A stretch of DNA of 32,000 nucleotides from contig NC_010628.1 of NCBI RefSeq assembly GCF_000020025.1, forward strand, positions 4,740,001 through 4,772,000, written 5' to 3'. A program made the translations under genes and the position numbers. Of the stretch, positions 7,370 through 16,326 are shown in pieces (within the stretch, counting starts at the first letter, position 1; each line of letters begins with the position of its first letter). The DNA comes from Nostoc punctiforme PCC 73102 (GTDB lineage Bacteria; Cyanobacteriota; Cyanobacteriia; Cyanobacteriales; Nostocaceae). Below the pieces are notes generated by a model. The model saw only the letters and a list, made by a program, of their open reading frames with translations. It was not told the origin of the DNA and searched no databases.

Positions 7370-8986
7370 TTATTTTTCTGGCGGCAAATCAATACTGTAA
7401 ACAGTCTCCCCAGCCAAGTTACGCAATGTTACAGTCATCACCTTTGTATTTCCATCAATTTTCACTCCTCCAAAGAATTGCAAACCTTCACTTGGGGGAC
7501 GATTTGCTTTTGTACCTGGAGGAAGGCTTTGAAATATCAATTGGGGACCAAAGGTATTTTCTAGTTGGTTTGGGCCAAATGTGCCAGAGTTCAAAGGCCC
7601 GGCGACAAACTCCCAAAAAGGCTTAAAGTCTGTAAACTGTGCTTTGCTGGGGTCGTAATAGTGGGCTGCTGCATAATGTACATCAGCAGTTAACCAAACA
7701 ACATTCTGGATATTCTTATTTTTGATAAATCGTAGTAAATCGGCAAGTTCTAGTTCTCTTCCTAAAGCCGGGCCATCTCCGTTAGCCCAAGCTTCAAAAT
7801 CAGTACTACCGTCTCTAACTATCAATCCCAGTGGCATATCACTAGCAATCACTTTCCATGTTGCTTTTGATGACAGCAATTGCCTTTTTAACCATTGTAT
7901 TTGTATTCTACCCGCAAATTCTGTGTCTTTACTTGGTACTGGCTGATTATTAGGGCTATTCGGCCCCCGATAGGTACGCTCATCCAGCATGAAGATGTCT
8001 AATAATGGCCCATGCTTAAAGGAGCGATAAATTCTCGCTTTGTCTGGCTCATTGGTTGTATAACCAATAGGCAGATATTCCAAAAATGCTTGCCTTGCTC
8101 TTTGAGTTAGCAAGTTAACATCCTTAACTGTATAACGGTCATCGTTAAGGATAATTTGTCCAGGATACCAATTGTTTCTTGTTTCGTGGTCGTCCCACTG
8201 TGCTAATATCGGAACTTCAGCGTTGAAACGCTTGATGTTTTCATCCAACAAATTGTAAATATAGTTGCCACGAAATTCTGTCAGAGTTTCTGCTACTTTG
8301 GATTTTTCTGGTGTAGTGATGTTTTTCCAGATTGTGCCATCGTCTAGCTTAACTTCTGATTGAATGGGGCCATCAGCATAAATATTATCGCCAGAGTGAA
8401 TGAAAAAGTCGGGATTAAGTTGACGCATGGTTTCGTAAATTTTCATCCCACCAAAATCAGGATTAATTCCCCATCCCTGACCGGCAGTGTCGCCACCCCA
8501 AACAAAGAATATATCTCGCCTAGATTTGGGAGGAGTTCGGAAAGTACCTTTGACAGGAGCGCTGTAAGTGCCTTTATAATCTAAATCTTGGAAGATTACC
8601 CGATAAAATAATTGTTGGTCTGGTGGCAGGTTTCTAAGATAAAGTCGTGCTGTAAAGTCGCTATTTTGTAAAGCATTGGGGCCGACAACTCGCTGCACAT
8701 TTCTAAAAGATTCGCTGGTAGAGTATTCTACGAGCATTTTGGCGGGGCGATCGCTACGGCTCCAAATGACAATACTTTCGTTAGAAATATCTCCGCTAGC
8801 TACGCCATAAGGTATGGCAGGACGCATTTTATCTGAGGTGATAATTGCAGGCGCTTCAGCAAAAACTTTTGATTTTGATACAAAATTGGTGGAGATAATT
8901 CCACCTGCGGTTATAGCTGAACGTAGCAGAAACTGGCGACGGTTTAACCTCAATTGGTTATGAGATTCCATACTAAATAATGGCAA
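7370..8986 (-). CDS. phoD: PhoD-family alkaline phosphatase/phosphodiesterase with a Tat signal peptide
   Basis: It has a twin-arginine motif NRRQFLLRSAITAGG. PhoD-like N-terminal and metallophosphatase regions are present (GVASGD, WGGDTAGQGW, FIHSGDNIYADG, WDDHE). The start could be the Met at 8986 or at 8971. Confidence 0.85.
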   Translation of the reverse strand: MPLFSMESHNQLRLNRRQFLLRSAITAGGIISTNFVSKSKVFAEAPAIITSDKMRPAIPYGVASGDISNESIVIWSRSDRPAKMLVEYSTSESFRNVQRVVGPNALQNSDFTARLYLRNLPPDQQLFYRVIFQDLDYKGTYSAPVKGTFRTPPKSRRDIFFVWGGDTAGQGWGINPDFGGMKIYETMRQLNPDFFIHSGDNIYADGPIQSEVKLDDGTIWKNITTPEKSKVAETLTEFRGNYIYNLLDENIKRFNAEVPILAQWDDHETRNNWYPGQIILNDDRYTVKDVNLLTQRARQAFLEYLPIGYTTNEPDKARIYRSFKHGPLLDIFMLDERTYRGPNSPNNQPVPSKDTEFAGRIQIQWLKRQLLSSKATWKVIASDMPLGLIVRDGSTDFEAWANGDGPALGRELELADLLRFIKNKNIQNVVWLTADVHYAAAHYYDPSKAQFTDFKPFWEFVAGPLNSGTFGPNQLENTFGPQLIFQSLPPGTKANRPPSEGLQFFGGVKIDGNTKVMTVTLRNLAGETVYSIDLPPEK

Positions 8987-9034
8987 ATTTAAAAACTATT
9001 ACAGGAAAGCTTTTACCACTTTTTTTATAATAAA

Positions 9035-9064
9035 AAGTAAAGATTAAGTTATCGAAAGGTTAAT
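9035..9064 (-). promoter_or_regulatory. Candidate Pho box (three 8-bp direct repeats at 11-bp spacing) upstream of phoD
   Basis: The minus strand reads ATTAACCT-ttc-GATAACTT-aat-CTTTACTT, followed by TATAAA, 50-80 nt upstream of the phoD start. It resembles the Synechocystis SphR box (CTTAACCT x3 with 3-bp spacers), but repeats 2 and 3 match only partially. Confidence 0.3.
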
Positions 9065-9431
9065 AAAAAGCTTTCAATGTAATTATTTCATATTAAATAG
9101 AAAAAGAACATTAATAAAAAAGGTTATATTTTAACCTTAGTATTAAGTGAATATTTTGATATAATTTGCAACTAAAAATACGCTTATAGCGCTTAACATA
9201 TCCTATAAAAAATGGTGCGTTATTGCTTTAAACTAACGTACTAAATTAAAATTTACTTGATAATAGCCTCTAATGATAAGCCGCTAAATGTCTATACTCT
9301 CATATAAAGTGTTGGATTCGCTGAAGTACTCTATATTCCCACATCTACACTGTGAATTTCGTGTAGCAATTTGGGAAAGATAAGTTTGTAACGATTGATG
9401 AACTTTGAAATTATAGAGACGGGTATTTATA

Positions 9432-10880
9432 ATGTTGCCAGAAATATTACCTCAGCATTCAACACATGAGAGTATGCTGACTATTGGTGGTACAACAAAT
9501 GCTAATGAGTCAAACTTGCGATTAGAGTCAACTTTGCAAGAATTACTCTCTTGGCAAGTTCATATCGAAGTAGAACGTCCTGGCAATGATTTATCTATCC
9601 TCTTTAACCAAGAGCCTTTATTACCAGGAATTATCCTCAATAATAATCAAGAGTATGTAGGGATGATTTCGCGGCGGAAATTTTTTGAATATATGAGCCA
9701 CCCTTACAGTTTGGCTTTATTTTCTACAAAACCAATTAAAATTCTTTACAAGTTTTTCCAGACAGAGATATTAGCCATTTCTGAGGATATGTCTATTGTT
9801 AAAGCTACTGAGATAACTTTGCAACGACCACCTCAAATTGCCTATGAGCCAATTTTGGTTAAAACTACGTGTGGAAAATATAAGCTGCTCGATTTTCATC
9901 AATTACTCTTAGCCTACTCCCAAATTCATGTATTAACACTCGTTCAGCTACAACAGGTAGAGGAACAATCTAGAGTTGCTAAAGCAGGCTTTCGCGATCT
10001 TCAGCAAAACTATACGCGATTAATTCAGAATGAAAAAATGGCTGCATTAGGACAACTTGTTGCTGGTATTGCACACGAAATTAACAATCCTGTCAACTTT
10101 ATTGCTGGGAACCTTGTTCACGCCATCGAATATAGTCAAAATCTACTCAATCTCATTAGATTGTACCAACAATGTTATCCTGAACCAGAAGCGGATATTA
10201 AAACTGCGATCGCACAAATTGAACTGGATTTCTTAACTACCGATCTCCCTCGTCTTCTCACCTCTATGGAGGTTGGTACCAAGCGAATCGAGCAAATAAT
10301 TCTTTCTTTACGAAATTTTTCTCGTCTTGATGAATCTGAGAAAAAATTAGTTGATATCCATGAAGGTATTGATAGTACGCTAACAATCTTACAAAGTCGT
10401 CTTCAAAATAACCAAATAGGTGCAAACATCAACATAATTAAAGAATACAGCGATCTTCCCCAAGTAGAGTGCTACGCCGGGTTACTCAATCAGGTATTTA
10501 TGAATATTTTGGCGAATGCTATTGATGCTATAGAAGAGTCATTAGTCACTTGTACTGAGCGTAGTCGAAGTATTAGTCATTCGTCATTGGTAAGGGATAA
10601 AGGAAAAATTTTTATTCGGACTCAACTCACTGATGAAAATCAAGTAATTATTCGTATTTCCGATAATGGCCCGGGAATTCCAGAAAATTTGCAAAAGCAA
10701 TTATTTGATCCCTTTTTTACTACTAAACCCGTTGGTAAAGGAACTGGATTAGGTTTATCTATCAGTTATCAGATTGTTGTGGAAAAACACGGTGGTCATC
10801 TGCAATGTATATCAACTTTTGGCAAAGGGACTGAGTTTATTATTGAAATTCCAATTCACCTAAATTCTGAGCTTGTTTAG
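9432..10880 (+). CDS. Sensor histidine kinase (uncharacterised N-terminal sensor domain, HisKA, HATPase_c)
   Basis: It has the H-box EKMAALGQLVAGIAHEINNPVNF, the N-box NQVFMNILANAIDA, G1 DNGPGI and G2 GKGTGLGLS. There are no TM segments and no receiver domain. Confidence 0.85.
   Translation: MLPEILPQHSTHESMLTIGGTTNANESNLRLESTLQELLSWQVHIEVERPGNDLSILFNQEPLLPGIILNNNQEYVGMISRRKFFEYMSHPYSLALFSTKPIKILYKFFQTEILAISEDMSIVKATEITLQRPPQIAYEPILVKTTCGKYKLLDFHQLLLAYSQIHVLTLVQLQQVEEQSRVAKAGFRDLQQNYTRLIQNEKMAALGQLVAGIAHEINNPVNFIAGNLVHAIEYSQNLLNLIRLYQQCYPEPEADIKTAIAQIELDFLTTDLPRLLTSMEVGTKRIEQIILSLRNFSRLDESEKKLVDIHEGIDSTLTILQSRLQNNQIGANINIIKEYSDLPQVECYAGLLNQVFMNILANAIDAIEESLVTCTERSRSISHSSLVRDKGKIFIRTQLTDENQVIIRISDNGPGIPENLQKQLFDPFFTTKPVGKGTGLGLSISYQIVVEKHGGHLQCISTFGKGTEFIIEIPIHLNSELV
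10547..10591. repeat. 45-nt in-frame dispersed-repeat insertion in the HATPase_c domain
   Basis: It is bounded by TCATTAGT (10539-10546) and TCATTGGT (10584-10591). It encodes TCTERSRSISHSSLV, which is absent from the paralogue at 26294-28138 (ESLV-KNQGQICIR versus ESLV[15 aa]RDKGKIFIR). It contains TGAGCGTAGTCG, which is also found at 20914-20925. Confidence 0.65.
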
Positions 10881-10945
10881 AAAAACAAACAATAACCAAA
10901 GAAGAGACATTCTTAGTCAGTTCTTCTTCATTTAGATATTGAATT

Positions 10946-12049
10946 CTAACTATAAGTTCCTGCTGTTTCGCTTGTTACTGTAATAGGTTCTGACACGATA
11001 TCATCTATCTTATTAAACTCTCCAGCCCGCCAGCTATCTGTTGTATCCTTGATAAAACTGGCAATAGGGATTGCAATTAACAAACCTAGCACTCCTCCCA
11101 ATTTTGCCCCCAACAACAAAGAAATCACCACCCACACGGGATTTAAACCAGTCAAATTACCAAGAATTCGAGGTGCAACAAAATTAGAATTAACTTGGTC
11201 GATTGCAACAGCTATACCTAAGACTTCAACCCCTAACCAAAAGTTTTGCAATGCTACCAAAAGGCTTACTATGGCAATGCCGAATCCTGTCCCAAAGGGA
11301 AAGAGAGAAAACAAACCAATCCCGATGCCAAAAAGTAAAGCCAAGGGAACTCGCAGCGTCAAAAATGCCAGTGTAATTGTCACTCCTAATACGGCTCCCA
11401 ATGTTGCTTGACCGATAAAGTAATTGTGGAAGTCTTCTCGCAGTAATTCTCGCAATCTTAACCCGATGTTATGGGGAAACCACTGAAATATTCCGTCCCA
11501 AAGACGTTCGCCGTTTAATATTAGATAGACAGTTAACACTACCGCCAGCAACACATTGAGAACAATACCAATGGTATCGACGGCGAAACCAAGAATTCTG
11601 CCAGTGAAAGACTGAAGTTGGTTAGATAATCGTTCCAAAACTTGGGTAAATAACCCACTTAAATTAATGGGAAGCTGTTGCTGACTTAACGCCCAATCCT
11701 GGAAAGTTTGGAGTTGCTGAGTACCAGAATCAATCCAACTTGGCAAAATATTGGCTAGCTCAACGAGTTGTTGGATAATTAGGGGAACTAAGGTAATGCC
11801 TAAAGCCACTAAAATCACTAGAGTTAAAAGCAACACTCCTGCGATCGCTAGGTTACGTTTTACCCCTTGCTCTTGCAGAAACTGGATTGGATAGTTTAAG
11901 ACAAAAGCCAGTAGGATGGCGGCGGCAATAATGCTGATCAAGGGTTGAAAATACTGTACAACCTGGATCAATAGCCAACCGTTAAGAATAATAATCGGAA
12001 ATGCCAATCCTATAGTTAACCATCGCGGTAGTTTGTTTGCTGATTGCAT
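10946..12049 (-). CDS. AI-2E family transporter (PerM/UPF0118 permease)
   Basis: The protein is polytopic and hydrophobic with family-typical segments (LAFVLNYPIQFLQ, ATLGAVLGVTITLAFL, NPVWVVISLLLGAKLGGVLGLLIAIPIA). I place the start at Met49 of the tracked ORF (ATG 12049-12047), because the upstream 48 codons are a translation of a G-rich repeat. Confidence 0.8.
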   Translation of the reverse strand: MQSANKLPRWLTIGLAFPIIILNGWLLIQVVQYFQPLISIIAAAILLAFVLNYPIQFLQEQGVKRNLAIAGVLLLTLVILVALGITLVPLIIQQLVELANILPSWIDSGTQQLQTFQDWALSQQQLPINLSGLFTQVLERLSNQLQSFTGRILGFAVDTIGIVLNVLLAVVLTVYLILNGERLWDGIFQWFPHNIGLRLRELLREDFHNYFIGQATLGAVLGVTITLAFLTLRVPLALLFGIGIGLFSLFPFGTGFGIAIVSLLVALQNFWLGVEVLGIAVAIDQVNSNFVAPRILGNLTGLNPVWVVISLLLGAKLGGVLGLLIAIPIASFIKDTTDSWRAGEFNKIDDIVSEPITVTSETAGTYS

Positions 12050-12087
12050 TAGTGATGACTCCACAAGAGTTATAAATTTATTTTGGC

Positions 12088-12262
12088 TTCTAGGGAGCGG
12101 GAGTGGGGAAAGAGGCAGGGGGGCAGGGGGCAGGGGGCAGGGAGCAGGGGAGCAGGGGAGATGAGGGAGACAAGGGGACAAGGAGATAAACAAACTCTTA
12201 ACTCCTAACTCTTAACTCTTAACTCTTAACTCAGCACTCAGCACTCCTAATGCCCAATTCCC
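12088..12262. repeat. Composite repeat block: G-rich 8-mers, inverted CCTTGTCCCC module, heptamer tandem array, AATGCCCAAT tail
   Basis: GGGGCAG/GGGAGCAG runs span 12100-12157, and GAGATGAGGGAGACAAGGGGACAAGG spans 12158-12183. Eight exact-phase heptamers (CTCTTAA/CTCCTAA/CTCAGCA) span 12195-12250, followed by TGCCCAATTCCC. Confidence 0.8.
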
Positions 12263-12263
12263 A

Positions 12264-12698
12264 TTAAGATTGATTTCTCTCCATAAAATCCAACATAATT
12301 TGCCGATGCGTATTCCCCAAAGGGCGTACTTCGCGGGCGTTTTGCGAATAACAGTTACCTTGGTGAATATCTTCTGGGGTCAATAATCCCATATCCCAGC
12401 CTTCATTTAAAACCAGTTGATTTAATTCCACCAATAGTGGTGCATGAAAGATATGACGGACAACTCTTTCGTCGGTATAACAGCCAAATTCCACAAAGGG
12501 CGGTAGCTCATAGCCGATTTCTTCTAAAATTTCTCGCTTCACTGCGACATTTGGCGTTTCACCAGGTTCGATATGACCGCCAAATAGCGCCCAGTAACCA
12601 GGGTAGAGAATACCGGGGATGTTGTCGCGTAGTTGCATAAGAAACTTGTTTTCTTGATAGAGAATTGCGATCGCTACATGCACCGGTTGATTTTTCAT
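12264..12698 (-). CDS. NUDIX hydrolase
   Basis: It has a perfect Nudix box: GHIEPGETPNVAVKREILEEIGY (Gx5Ex7REUxEExGU). Confidence 0.85.
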   Translation of the reverse strand: MKNQPVHVAIAILYQENKFLMQLRDNIPGILYPGYWALFGGHIEPGETPNVAVKREILEEIGYELPPFVEFGCYTDERVVRHIFHAPLLVELNQLVLNEGWDMGLLTPEDIHQGNCYSQNAREVRPLGNTHRQIMLDFMERNQS

Positions 12699-12722
12699 AT
12701 ATTATTAATTTTTAATTGCTGA

Positions 12723-13211
12723 TTACTCTTCTTCTAGATAAACTTCCCCCAATTCTTTACCACCTAAAGGGATGCTTTGGTAGCGAATTTTACCCTTAAT
12801 CACCACTTGCGCTCCCTTCGCTAGATTTTTTTGATTGGTGATAACCCAAATTTTGCCAGTCGAGTCATTAATTTGATAAGCCCATTGCTTCATCAGGGGA
12901 GCTTGTTTTTCCACCTGACCTTGGATGTAAACTGTAGCTTGATTGTCTTGTTCTGGTTTAATTTCTCGAATTGGAGTGACATTGCTACCAATTTTGAAAT
13001 TAGTCCCATTCAAACCAGATGAGGTTAAACTACCACAACTACAAAGTCCTACCACCAATAAAAAAATCAACCCCAGGCGGTAGGAAACAATATTATGCCC
13101 GGATAAGAACGAAAGGGACAAATTTCTTGTTTGTTGCATGAAAGCCACTGATTGAGCAAATTTTTGCTTCACTGCTTGCTTTGTCGCCAGTTTTATTAGG
13201 TCAGTTCCCAT
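12723..13211 (-). CDS. Hypothetical membrane-anchored or lipoprotein-like protein with an OB-fold-like C-terminal domain
   Basis: It has a hydrophobic N-terminal segment ending LVVGLCSCGS. The C-terminal beta-rich region (ATVYIQGQVEK...GKIWVITNQ...VVIKGKIRYQ) resembles BOF/YgiW-type OB folds. The start is uncertain (Met1 or Met24). Confidence 0.45.
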   Translation of the reverse strand: MGTDLIKLATKQAVKQKFAQSVAFMQQTRNLSLSFLSGHNIVSYRLGLIFLLVVGLCSCGSLTSSGLNGTNFKIGSNVTPIREIKPEQDNQATVYIQGQVEKQAPLMKQWAYQINDSTGKIWVITNQKNLAKGAQVVIKGKIRYQSIPLGGKELGEVYLEEE

Positions 13212-13461
13212 CTATAATATTCTTTCTCTGTGGTTTCAGAAACACGCTCTCAACTGAGCAAAAAATGTTCTGAATTTTATCCTGCAATTCTTTATTCTTC
13301 AGAGAAAGCCGTTGATCTGAGAAAATAAGCATTATGGATTGACTGTGAGAGAAACGCTACGACATCAAGCAGATACACAATAATAGTTAAAAGTCAATAA
13401 GCAATATTTTTACTCTAGACTTTTGGATAAAAAGCGAATTAATTTATAGTTGGGAATTTTC

Positions 13462-14340
13462 ATGGAAACAAAAACTGCCAAACTCCTTGATGGTAAAGCA
13501 ATAGCCGCAAAAATTCAGCAAGAACTTTCTGTAGCCATTACACAATTACAACCAGAAATTGGACGACCCCCTGGTTTAGCAGTGTTAATGGTTGGCGACA
13601 ACCCAGCGTCAGCCGCTTATGTTCGTAATAAAGAAAAAGCCTGTGCAAAAGTTGGCATCGCCTCTTTTGGTAAGCATTTTCCTGCCGAAACGACCTTTAG
13701 GGAATTAGAAAAGGTTATTGCTGCACTAAACGACGATGAACGCGTGGATGGCATTCTTGTACAGTTGCCCTTACCTGACCACTTAGATGCTGTGGCTCTG
13801 CTACATCAAATTGATCCCGATAAAGATGCTGATGGACTGCACCCAGTTAACTTAGGGCGACTAGTACGGGGAGAAATCGGTTTACGCAGCTGCACCCCGG
13901 ATGGTGTGATGCGGCTTTTGCAAGAATATGAGATTCCATTGCAAGGAAAACAGGCAGTAGTGGTGGGACGGAGTATTTTGGTGGGTAAACCTATGGCGCT
14001 GATGCTACTAGAAGCTGATGCTACAGTGACGATCGCTCACTCGCGATCGCATGACCTCAAAAGCATCACCCAAAATGCTGATATTCTAATTGCAGCAGCA
14101 GGTCGTCCCGGACTCATCACTGCTGATATGGTAAAACCAGGCGCTGTTGTGGTAGATGTGGGAATGAATCGTGTCACCGATGCTAGTGGTAAAAGTCGCT
14201 TAATTGGCGATGTTGACTTTGAATCAACTGCTGGTGTAGCAGGTTTCATCACTCCCGTTCCTGGTGGTGTTGGTCCGATGACTGTTGCCATATTGTTACA
14301 AAATACATTCACCAGCTATTCCAGAGCAGCAAAAAAATGA
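13462..14340 (+). CDS. folD: Bifunctional methylenetetrahydrofolate dehydrogenase/methenyl-THF cyclohydrolase
   Basis: [48 protein letters not shown] and [10 protein letters not shown] are all FolD hallmarks. I place the start at ATG 13462, because the tracked ORF begins at an upstream TTG. Confidence 0.9.
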   Translation: METKTAKLLDGKAIAAKIQQELSVAITQLQPEIGRPPGLAVLMVGDNPASAAYVRNKEKACAKVGIASFGKHFPAETTFRELEKVIAALNDDERVDGILVQLPLPDHLDAVALLHQIDPDKDADGLHPVNLGRLVRGEIGLRSCTPDGVMRLLQEYEIPLQGKQAVVVGRSILVGKPMALMLLEADATVTIAHSRSHDLKSITQNADILIAAAGRPGLITADMVKPGAVVVDVGMNRVTDASGKSRLIGDVDFESTAGVAGFITPVPGGVGPMTVAILLQNTFTSYSRAAKK

Positions 14341-14344
14341 AAGA

Positions 14345-14479
14345 GAGTGATGAGTTATGAGTTATGAGTTAAAAGTTAAGAATTATTAATCCTAACTCTC
14401 AACTCCTAAGTCCTCTACAGACGCGATTAATCGCGTTTCAACCCCTAACTCCTAATTCCTAACTCATAATTATGAACTC
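14345..14479. repeat. Inverted heptamer arrays flanking a 16-bp perfect palindrome
   Basis: GAGTTAT-type heptamers run into AACTCCT-type (reverse-complement) heptamers. The central palindrome ACGCGATTAATCGCGT lies at 14421-14436, a second AACTCCT/AACTCAT array follows, and a T6 run lies at 14484-14489. Confidence 0.7.
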
Positions 14480-14555
14480 TTCATTTTTTCAGTCCCACAG
14501 CACCTTAAAATTGTGACGTATAAGACAAAAATCCCAAAGTGTCAGGAATTGAAGA

Positions 14556-15488
14556 ATGGTAGCAACTGATAACGTTCAAAAGACACCACCAGAGGAAGCC
14601 ACATTTAACTTAGTAGCCTATCTCAAAGAGCGACAAAAGCTTTGTGATAATGCTTTGGATCGGGCTATCCCCATCATTTATCCAGAAAAGATTTATGAGG
14701 CGATGCGCTACTCGTTATTAGCTGGCGGCAAGCGTGTACGTCCCATTCTTTGCCTTGCTACCTGTGAAATGATGGGTGGCACTATCGAAATGGCTATGCC
14801 AACGGCTTGTGCTGTGGAGATGATCCACACAATGTCTTTGATTCATGACGACCTCCCAGCGATGGATAATGACGATTACCGTCGGGGAAAGCTGACAAAT
14901 CATAAAGTCTATGGCGAAGATGTAGCGATTTTGGCTGGGGACGGCTTGTTAGCACTTGCTTTTGAGTTAGTTGCCCTTAAAACCCCCGCAAACGTTAACA
15001 GAGAGCTAACCTTGCAGGTCATTGTTCGTCTTGGTCGGGCGCTGGGGGCAGCTGGTTTGGTCGGTGGTCAAGTTGTCGATTTAGAGTGTGAAGGGAAATC
15101 AGATATTTCTCTAGAAACGCTAAATTTCATTCATAGACACAAAACTTCCGCCCTTTTGGAAGCTTGCGTAGTTTCTGGCGGAATTATCGCTGGGGCATCA
15201 ACTGAAGATGTACAGCGACTAACCCGTTATGCTGAAAATATTGGGCTAGCATTCCAAATCATAGATGATATTCTGGATATCACTTCTACAAAAGAGCAAT
15301 TAGGTAAAACAGCTGGTAAAGACCAAAAAGCGAAGAAAGTTACCTATCCTAGCCTTTGGGGACTTGAAGAATCGCGCTTAAAAGCCCAAGAGCTAGTTAA
15401 AGTAGCTTGTGCAGAATTAGAACCATTTGGAGACAGAGCCAAGCCACTCCAAGCGATCGCTCATTTTATTACCAGCCGCAATAACTAG
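14556..15488 (+). CDS. crtE: Geranylgeranyl diphosphate synthase (polyprenyl synthetase family)
   Basis: It has the first Asp-rich motif [17 protein letters not shown] and the second motif FQIIDDILD. Confidence 0.85.
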   Translation: MVATDNVQKTPPEEATFNLVAYLKERQKLCDNALDRAIPIIYPEKIYEAMRYSLLAGGKRVRPILCLATCEMMGGTIEMAMPTACAVEMIHTMSLIHDDLPAMDNDDYRRGKLTNHKVYGEDVAILAGDGLLALAFELVALKTPANVNRELTLQVIVRLGRALGAAGLVGGQVVDLECEGKSDISLETLNFIHRHKTSALLEACVVSGGIIAGASTEDVQRLTRYAENIGLAFQIIDDILDITSTKEQLGKTAGKDQKAKKVTYPSLWGLEESRLKAQELVKVACAELEPFGDRAKPLQAIAHFITSRNN

Positions 15489-15753
15489 CAACGCTTTGTA
15501 GGATTCTAAATTCTTATACCGCAAGGGTTTCATTGATTGGGAATGGGTGGTTTATTTACATGATGCTGTACTACCGCCCAGCAGAATTGAAAATTCAAAA
15601 TTAAAAAGCTTACTTAATCGGCTTTTAATCCATTTTGAATAATTGATCTGTTTCCGCCGTGATGTACTAGGTTAATTTTGGATTTTGGGTTGAATCTAAA
15701 TGTTTCCTCAACCAACAACTGCTGCTAATATTTACTAACCTAACCAAAATACC

Positions 15754-16215
15754 ATGCAGGACATAGGCAACATTTTAGACAACCGGGTGCTGCTGGTTGC
15801 TCTGGTCGCTTGTTTAATTGCTCAAGCACTAAAGCTCGTAATCGAGATCGTCAAAAATCGTAAACTAAATATCCGTGTTTTGGTGACAACCGGAGGTATG
15901 CCCAGTGCCCATTCAGCTTTAGTTACAGCTCTCGCAGCTGGTGTAGGGCAAACACTGGGTTGGGCATCTCCTGATTTTGCCGTTGCGATGATTTTCGCCA
16001 TCATCGTCATGTATGATGCAGCCGGAGTTCGCCAAGCAGCTGGTAAGCAAGCTCGTATCCTCAATCAAATGATTGATGAATTATTTCATGAAAAACCAGA
16101 CTTTAGCCAAGACCGTCTGAAAGAATTACTTGGACATACACCAGTTCAGGTAATAGCTGGGGCGGCTTTGGGTATAACCATCTATTGGTTAGCTAGGTTT
16201 GCTTATTTAAACTAG
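15754..16215 (+). CDS. Divergent PAP2-family membrane protein (DUF212)
   Basis: TTGGMPSAHSALVTALA, MYDAAGVRQAAGKQA and GHTPVQV are typical of the DUF212/acid-phosphatase-related family. Several TM helices are present. Confidence 0.8.
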   Translation: MQDIGNILDNRVLLVALVACLIAQALKLVIEIVKNRKLNIRVLVTTGGMPSAHSALVTALAAGVGQTLGWASPDFAVAMIFAIIVMYDAAGVRQAAGKQARILNQMIDELFHEKPDFSQDRLKELLGHTPVQVIAGAALGITIYWLARFAYLN

Positions 16216-16258
16216 GACAATGAATCTTTGTTTGAGCGAGTATTTTTAATTGGTAACT

Positions 16259-16284
16259 GGTAATTTGTCAACTGACAAATTACC
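16259..16284. terminator. Hairpin between convergent genes (possible bidirectional terminator)
   Basis: GGTAATTTGTCA-ac-TGACAAATTACC is a perfect 12-nt inverted repeat. The stem is AT-rich and no clear U-tract lies on either side. Confidence 0.35.
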
Positions 16285-16326
16285 AACTTGGTAGATCGCA
16301 TCAGTATTTCAGAAAAATTAATATCG

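Noticed and set aside
357-8584. Short antisense or alternate-frame ORFs inside HlyD, the ABC gene and phoD (357-551, 774-1034, 2103-2285, 2503-2733, 2692-3042, 2842-3270, 3734-3925, 5055-5246, 7426-7626, 7722-7946, 8360-8584)
   Set aside because: They are shadow ORFs within well-supported longer genes and have no family features. The same judgement applies to 11049-11411, 12437-12640, 12831-13022, 14037-14312, 14718-14903, 15822-16064, 16341-16595, 16869-17120, 17405-17617, 17822-18025, 18196-18393, 18720-18908, 18981-19322, 20782-21063, 21210-21638, 22811-23062, 24359-24553, 25010-25216, 27076-27288, 27378-27560, 30700-31360, 31384-31575 and 31602-31820.
12050-12193. The N-terminal 48 codons of the tracked 415-aa transporter ORF
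   Set aside because: They are a translation of the repeat block. The family-like sequence begins at Met49.
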